IMG/VR virus record: IMGVR_UViG_3300028043_000001 | Span: 52,437 to 116,436 of that record | From: a virus | Reading direction: 5' to 3' (one strand) | DNA: 64,000 nucleotides | Part shown: piece by piece, positions 61,001 to 64,000 of the stretch | Position numbering within the stretch: the first letter of the stretch is position 1 | Layout of the letters: each line of letters opens with the position of its first letter | Notes under the pieces: generated by a model | Told to the model about the DNA's origin: nothing | The model's input: only the letters and a program-made list of their open reading frames with translations | The model's database searches: none | Made by a program: the position numbers and the translations under genes

Positions 61001-64000
61001 CATTGAAAAACAGGTCCAAGAGGCGGTCAAATTATCCCAGGGGGGAGAGTCACAAAAAGCCAAGGAGAAATTGAAAAACATTTATGCCGATATGATTAAC
61101 CGCATCACAAAGGACCAAGCAGAATTTGACATCCTCGCAGAAAACCTTTTCAAAAAAACTGGAAAAACTCCCGCAGAAGAAACCCAAGAGGTGTATCGCG
61201 ACAAACTAAAGAAGCTTTTAGAAGGCCCCAAGGCCATGGAAGAATTTTTGCTTTACCTTGAAAGAACTCGGGGAGCTGAATTGGGAGTAGAGGCGTCTCG
61301 GAAATCCGCTGAATCTGTACACCAAGATCGATTAAAAACGTTAGATGAAGAAAAGCGGAAGCTGGACATAGAGATTCAACAAATACTGGCAAACCTTGAC
61401 AAAGTTTCGAAGGAGAGGATATTCAAAGAGAAAGAGGTTGAAGCAGCACTAAAAAGGGTGCATGACTTAGAACGCCAAGCTGCCGATATTGAAGAACAAC
61501 GGTACCAAGAAGAGACACGATTTCAGCGTCAACACCGTTTCAAGGGTACTATAGTTTATGAAGAAGCGGAGAAGAGAATAAAAGCTGAAGGGGCGCGGAG
61601 ACGGGAGGAGCGTCACCTCAAAGAAATTCAAGACGATAAGAGGTTGCTTGATGAAAGGTTCAAAGCATTCGAGTCAATGATCGAACACTGGCTGTATGGA
61701 TTGTACCGCTCGTCTGCTGTGCGCATAGATCTTGAAAAGGCTTTGAGTGTAGAAAAATCCAAACAGGTAACTATTGATTTAAGCAAGTATGTAAAAGTGG
61801 TTGGCGGAGCAGACATTTCCAAGCTGTCTCCAGAGTTTGCGGCCGCCCTTGCGCAGCTTGCCAAAGATTTTTATACAATGTTCGGGAAGCCATTGGTAGT
61901 CACTAGCGGGTTTCGCACCGAGGAGTATCAAAGACAACTTCGCGCAGAATTTGAGGCTGGTACAAGAAAGGGGCCGGTTGCTACTGCTGAGTTAAGCAGA
62001 CACCCTAAAGGGGAGGCTGTAGATGTCGACAAAGAAACCATGGTGTTGTTGAGACAAATGGACTTGGCTAGGTACGGCTTGGAAAATTTAGCTCGCATCA
62101 ACGACGAGATCCATATTCAGCGGCAAAAAATGACTAAGGGCGTTGTCATAACTTCGAAGGAGGTAGCTGAGGGAGCGAAGCAAGGTCTGGAAGAGATAGT
62201 CATTTTTCTAGAAGTTTGGGCACCCAAGCAACCACAGCGAGTTAAACAGCGAATTGAACAGCTGTTGGCTGGCTTTAGAAACGTACCTGGGGAGTTTATA
62301 ACGCGCCGCTTAGAAGTTATGGATCGTCTAATGAAAGTTGCAAAAGTTGTTGGAGTTGACCCCGATCAGATTTTCAACCTTTTTTGGGGTCCTGTTGGCA
62401 ATCTTCTCCAGTCCGGTGCTTTTATTCCTGAAGGCATGATCAGAAGATATTTCGAGGCTTTTGGTGAGCGCGTTGACAAAACTCGCTCTGCCTTTATTTC
62501 CGGCCACCAAAAGCGTGAAGAGGCCCAGAAAATCATTCGTTCCTTCTTTGAGATAGAAGAGTATTGGAAGCCCGAAATGCTTCCAAGAATGTTTCGCACT
62601 GTTTCGGTGGTTGCAGAAGCGGCTGGGCTTAGTGGCCGCCGTGTGTATGATATGATGATACAATTTTTCAACCCGGATGCCCTTCGTAAAATTCTCGAGG
62701 GTAATTTAGAAATATCTGCAGAATTTTTCCTGATGTTTCAAGAACAAGCGAAACAGTGGCTGAGTGGCAATATTCCAGTCCGAATGTATAAGACGTTCGA
62801 GTCAGCTCTCAGAGACATGATGCAGTCAGGGGAGATATTTACTACGCGCGCTTTAGACACGTATGCCAAAGCCCTAAAGTCCTTTCCTACAGTAGATTTG
62901 ACGGCGGCCGCTCAGGATTTTGTTAAATACTACCACATGTTGGCGCAGAGGAAGCCCGACTTTGGAGTGAAAGATTTACAAGCAATGATTTCCTATATGT
63001 CACAGTTTGGCGCTACTTCCGAAGAAAAGTGGAAGGCTATCGGTGATATTGCCGAGTCGCGCATCCAAAAAATTCGTAGTGAGTGGAAGAAAGCGGGGAG
63101 TGACCTCCTTGAAGACACTTCCGATATTAAGCAAGGCTTTGAAGCGATGTGGTGGGCAGCTATTAAAGGCCTATCTGATTTTGCTCAAAAGATGCGCAGC
63201 CCCCTCAAGATGCTTTCCGACACAGTCTCGGGTACTTTGGAGTCTATGAGGAGTTCTTTTGAGGAGTATCTCTACGATTCAATATTGCGCCAAAGGAAAC
63301 CATTCCAGGAGTATGTAAATAAGTTTGCACAAGATTTGGCTCGCATGTCATCTAAAAATATTTCCGAAATGGTTTTCGGTGGCCTCTCGCGTTTTTTACT
63401 CAGCGGCTTGGAAAGCTTGTTTGGGATTGTGCAACCAAAAGGGCCTCAACCTGGAATGACGGCTGCTGAGACTCAAAAGGCTGTTACAGATGTACAGAAA
63501 TGGGCTGAAGGTAGAGGGGAAAAAGTCGCGACCCAGGTCTACCAAAAAACCTCAGTGCAGTTAGACGTGCAAAGAAATTCACTCTTAGAACGAATTCTTA
63601 TGGCCATTTCCACCCTGGGTAGAAAACTAGGCGCAAGTACTCCTGAAACGCCAGAAGAACCTTCCATTCCAGAATCCTCCTCTGAGTATCCCGAAGGCTT
63701 TAACCCCACTGAAGCGGGGTATGGAGGCTGGCCTCTTGAGGGTGCAGCTCCCGAGATAACTTCCATGGGAGCCGCTGGGGCAGAAACTACTGGTCTCTTT
63801 GGTGGCATATTAGGCCAAATCGCGTCGTTTGGTTCTTGGATTTGGAGTCTAATTTCACAACTTTTCACCAGCATCGGCGGCATTTTCATGAAGATTCTCA
63901 GCAGCCTTGGAAGTTTATTCGGGTTTGGGATGCATGAAGGTGGACTTGTGTTCAGGCGCTTCCAACTTGGTGGTTGGGGTGCCGGGGCCGGAGGAGGAGG
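49068..64000 (+). CDS. Giant tape-measure protein (at least 4977 aa, 3' truncated) with embedded enzymatic domains
   Basis: ATG 49068 abuts the chaperone stop. The track lists no ORF in this frame, consistent with no stop before the window end, and spot translations are all open. TP901-type TMP core at about 58800-59900 (ASEALYQLGSAG, LNDNMLKGSKAGRA), hydrophobic segments at about 60060-60350. Confidence 0.9.
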   Translation, partial: MSRLEYFLKIDTKDLDTALNKLTQAGKAFDSLSSKGRSFSLGSSVEATVKGLSNMQYALERLGPVVDALNSKYEKWGAAKFRQDPSIDPLRLTFLSLVHQIETATTKYERFISVLAQTPAATSRFGLKLGKLFTTDPEIEINKLNRALTSLEQRKKVGKILEGDYEKELTKLTTALTKAEKDLASVDLSVSVRERLKEVAAHVSGLEKYTRLVEKTEKELARLEHLRGTKKGAKIPADEFKQRHELLETRLRDAYAGEVLAKQRYDLLSKIIDVGPEAVKILKQIGDGYGEIATKVGQRAAGTLPSTLELAPLKSRAERLERELTSIKRREAAELSQPAPPRVDLKKVADLERQRSKMLESLEQSQSFLTFPPLNVGDRPFREIYKEEVSEYVKLLKQLRAARQHGAVTREDVLPIIRGEEFNFSSLAYLQSHPKKMGLHETQPAYPAILREWKERIPDIIENLNSFVGFLKEKLPGREFIEVAAGSGRLARILKDKGIQILDASDKFEEDYFAEGGVERAKQLGVKQRDAIQAIKKFPEAGSVLLSWPEFRSDLAERVAKALKPGQYLTYVGEGLGGATGTDEFFAALKEQFELIAELPLKTITGMRDEVQIWRKKGDVKARVQQLERELASTHKEIAQLQPAIKPTTTTGAPLLPSPEGQSAYYAEEGRRWVAVASRAASSLSGGLMGGLDRLLENVDYNAIFERALAEVGDPLQAVRLASTRSGRSKGAEEKLQQIHDKLQDWLLSPELLDLFNKIASGYGPLLPQSVKDAFKVMRDPQTGKVIVGKYAKFLLDLEKQATEIVDQIAGESGLGVTAKPKPGYGSTFTLNTEKEASQIFDEMTKLTARQVFLESILKHGRKESAAELESILKKQEEVLTLKEQDVERAKEAHAVGTKAHAEEMRSLSAKRAELGRIYAAKPQDPRALAAYRMEMDTVNEKMQESRSRHAALTSDLQRAETEFQKTEKIVKNLGFAYESAQAAEKLAAKGQAAVPPAWITFSQRELKEVKTRLQELGVLWDTLRTREHLEILPPAERVGRDIMRSKRTTVAIPYDASWEQLAEDYPEEYFQELGKRISDDVKMSRPDLYESLGLKEDFEQLEASEAQSQAIVRRRMQDSGLTPLNAFLTGIKNVRELFTSMFREPGHDLASLNQLLGQFDRTVRRSPEAISEFDQRTQQVLSHLEPAIGEVTGYVKRDWSDATLTMSAKFLDFLDVMKDVDPKFLARERKQLDEFYGALQRVPLASILSSMSKVKDLALEGFYRPGALDEAQAELFKVSETLSLTGKDFEKVKIKASGLAQSLNTQVLDQALTVLEDVWRSPARGAHALQEAEAAFKAFTHETVKTTEGAKTVFREVPITQIEPIYQAWRKVYDVVERYQKRVQEGGDQKEGKQFLQRLSAFPFLTEEKTSTLANVLKLAPDESARRVLLEYARWLGGDYVEEIEKAAINLDLRKVFKKIAGSAPKGIIADFEPQFAAAFQGLQHAFVQAKEPIEAINLVRKLALEMGFLASNIKEVGVNAAGITGSLGHLAKLTGEARFGTLTSESVPEWNKMIKGLKESTLILGHEHLPALKAIEQAWNNTGDSERKYFASMLKHKRLGRELADHMIEFFGARTSKEPLAFEGFHFEEVAGLKKPGEAFEWLLQQTDDVVGFVEQMRVIGKQWKPLSQDVIFPGSLDVIRSSISSMGRITENWLPWIIETLAKEGPGAIPIAAYKPSLVEHLPKLRERIAKSRESVVGEGTPIESTMLTSLDVQAIKMQLVISLFEKLRSAIRTGKVETIDWGKETANASQKASSAIEGSYQHLVGGLQKFLRGGEHVTGALTEMMRMPLGQEGGFGLKAVLSRQFVESLSPVQISKISVGLGEVATQAPEIANEAVRNLFLTRLREASKIIGTYVRSHAFEIDPEEHAEALLEAKSALKVASSNFMKYIPKTVRELAKTPSQLEELFMQQIIQAETGIVPPMTVTTRATHQAGTSAKKVATSAEQMSVALKDVAEFFGKGVAFATYCAAENRKGLVKNLSEAPLAEMYEGPRSRSFAALARSGVIPPEQFFMFSGKHGFDSIWSVKKAYDKYLQPQEVPEMVEVVKEQIQNINRERAEAISRAKKAGEEWQHLPQPIEEIVYYAQEYALQKRGGLGTTYLQAIREAADQLGIRLHEVAPVTYDLRRASTRFEGSLTDMAVKAVAANRAMERGTAATEEVNREFQQYGLRFQPSERLGRRALSPSGFQAISKEYPTSDVTWFAGDAKSYLMAPIGTAIHEVVLKNVLGALVKSVLKGSKVAGEQLLSLLKGTSAEPPISEGELKRQLDTQFREAVSQKGMNAEALIKSAGTTMDKTQDTMLAAAQNILGNMFRAIGHIIEVEGGEKFLESSEALVAAMKSKEIRISPEFAPLGPQGAPLKVLQKKFPQAAFLIEEINQALGPDMAAAFLKSFSGTMDLLVQVGDQARILDLKTTTWEAKQKHAVQLVGYQRLLGLLSDAVKVSGLGIMPGLDVATSPEKWIKWIDRAKLEPAVRDFFDFLMQPFVDIPQVREYVQAHPNLARSIKNLVMNYQTNIQTGFKDAIKVAPRISVDAVAETLLPEAQAKPVEQKVLQDINLIERLGAMQVGALRQLRKQMARDQEKIADELRDLGGGAGQEFTPTTSGLLKSWQAYGAFIKAIDAELAKPDVRKTAKRPIAELSETTKADVATYLQDLAGLEKQIPASIQELTLLKLMALTNQKDTMSKALSETADTVKEGEGKITNIVGELFKEVGKTKEEKPVLLNIFDAINAKKFPLAEVGHAWGEYGHAISRQGKPIESFTAALSALQQTARQFIGGFAQYGGTVPFLDDLIKRYNETATAEKRLVPFGEKWQQGRAIAQEIGETQANLAKLDRMLLKDLPAAEALGVAAERVALESKLIALAKEQLAIIEYMSEALKKVVTQEDLLKEARARSVEEVKSLAVALKVGKIQEATALSGSEARLAGMEPLIAAQERLRILLTQAAFQNLGATGVVPGLGETAFGYGIPIATSADILTKFLGANEKDLQMRLERFRAAFGGNLSQLMKDVNVFSELSGVPVFDTTILEKLEAKLAKVQVLRAGATDDRFVKREEELTRLLGTEQVRALEHVTLVWEKLEKERARYKETARGIEKEKAIEVGRENLSKFRADLADYNKEIDNMLRMGRTSETRFARQHEVGRIVQEIHKGMAELTPLYGETHFEPLAKEFKEVSEEARKTQIYARGGLTLWERLTNTVKSARNEFADLFLYQVRWYTSMLIFWGIFNKITEGFGALVNAQRDIERATINLREQSGEVVANYHRLELISRTAIFGAMVRLGLDSRQASEALYQLGSAGLTAREALAAMGPVTDLVVGTQADMRETVKTVAGLYNVLSGSVSQTSTVLEAAGLQMQSHSRFTESAIAQATRFRQITDVLAMIFRDHQVEMYELNLGYQYSIASADMAGLSFTELSAILAVLNDNMLKGSKAGRAVNDILVGLAKQPYDVLASFREMALMLAEGMPSKAQRIRAVVEDWNKAKFENKTIFQTLGELAKLVEATGMEVGVLGRTFENFGIVGGRAFAPIMKYWKEIEIEQLRLHHSAAGVSEVMAERMSNTMERNAQKVSAFIQKSFYELFLMIHNVSAFGLSTLAKLGTSVSGFSENVRRGFETDTGVSFWGRMFETALNFLPLILLVGGSIASFGGLATNVFTRVGARAIGVVTSLTALRASGMGLVGVFTGVAGVIGNFIALLFTAPFWKFIAGAVLVSLAIGGLTALFRKLTMTVDDFAAEAEKSFADFSEDVSKRNQKIQESISKVSTTLKLRREAEEAMQEVANKGAKEPVTDEQVARVQRYGVMVGASREELSKKVETVGDLTALYNKLDPLYQKVLNDMKTEEFQLDLTSKGWIKYRKAIEDAMRAKREAEAAEKRLREKPLPIPLAPGFFGGGYIEPTDAELKSREAEAAMRRRDAEKQEKSAADAALQQFLSTIVGAMQHVDIEKQVQEAVKLSQGGESQKAKEKLKNIYADMINRITKDQAEFDILAENLFKKTGKTPAEETQEVYRDKLKKLLEGPKAMEEFLLYLERTRGAELGVEASRKSAESVHQDRLKTLDEEKRKLDIEIQQILANLDKVSKERIFKEKEVEAALKRVHDLERQAADIEEQRYQEETRFQRQHRFKGTIVYEEAEKRIKAEGARRREERHLKEIQDDKRLLDERFKAFESMIEHWLYGLYRSSAVRIDLEKALSVEKSKQVTIDLSKYVKVVGGADISKLSPEFAAALAQLAKDFYTMFGKPLVVTSGFRTEEYQRQLRAEFEAGTRKGPVATAELSRHPKGEAVDVDKETMVLLRQMDLARYGLENLARINDEIHIQRQKMTKGVVITSKEVAEGAKQGLEEIVIFLEVWAPKQPQRVKQRIEQLLAGFRNVPGEFITRRLEVMDRLMKVAKVVGVDPDQIFNLFWGPVGNLLQSGAFIPEGMIRRYFEAFGERVDKTRSAFISGHQKREEAQKIIRSFFEIEEYWKPEMLPRMFRTVSVVAEAAGLSGRRVYDMMIQFFNPDALRKILEGNLEISAEFFLMFQEQAKQWLSGNIPVRMYKTFESALRDMMQSGEIFTTRALDTYAKALKSFPTVDLTAAAQDFVKYYHMLAQRKPDFGVKDLQAMISYMSQFGATSEEKWKAIGDIAESRIQKIRSEWKKAGSDLLEDTSDIKQGFEAMWWAAIKGLSDFAQKMRSPLKMLSDTVSGTLESMRSSFEEYLYDSILRQRKPFQEYVNKFAQDLARMSSKNISEMVFGGLSRFLLSGLESLFGIVQPKGPQPGMTAAETQKAVTDVQKWAEGRGEKVATQVYQKTSVQLDVQRNSLLERILMAISTLGRKLGASTPETPEEPSIPESSSEYPEGFNPTEAGYGGWPLEGAAPEITSMGAAGAETTGLFGGILGQIASFGSWIWSLISQLFTSIGGIFMKILSSLGSLFGFGMHEGGLVFRRFQLGGWGAGAGGG

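Noticed and set aside
49068-64000. Apparent 15-kb gene desert with many short minus-strand ORFs, or stop-codon recoding
   Set aside because: Explained by one long + strand ORF running off the window. The short ORFs are antisense shadows, and TAA, TAG and TGA all terminate genes normally elsewhere.

Overview
A 64-kb segment of a large tailed dsDNA phage, probably a siphovirus with an HK97-type head. It uses the standard genetic code and is almost entirely on the + strand. Left part (1-17 kb): the end of an SbcC/gp46 ATPase, FolE2 fused to a degenerate LAGLIDADG domain, small Zn-finger and membrane genes, a glycosyltransferase/methyltransferase/radical-SAM cluster, dUTPase, thymidylate synthase, QueC and a UvsY-like/SSB/RecA recombination block. 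Middle part: TerS, a trypsin-like protease, a P-loop kinase, intein-containing TerL and portal. Between portal and prohead protease sit a nucleotidyltransferase, an ATP-dependent ligase fused to LigD-type phosphoesterase domains, three paralogous beta-rich proteins and a LamG protein. Then come the protease, major capsid, further virion proteins, neck genes with an embedded triple-GT2/TPR glycosyltransferase, tail tube and duplicated chaperones. From 49068 to the window end is a single ORF of at least 4977 codons that the ORF track omits. It is a tape-measure protein carrying embedded methyltransferase-like, DUF6884-like, PD-(D/E)XK nuclease and M15 peptidase domains, and it is the most striking element of the window. 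All calls come from motif recognition by eye; no database searches were run.
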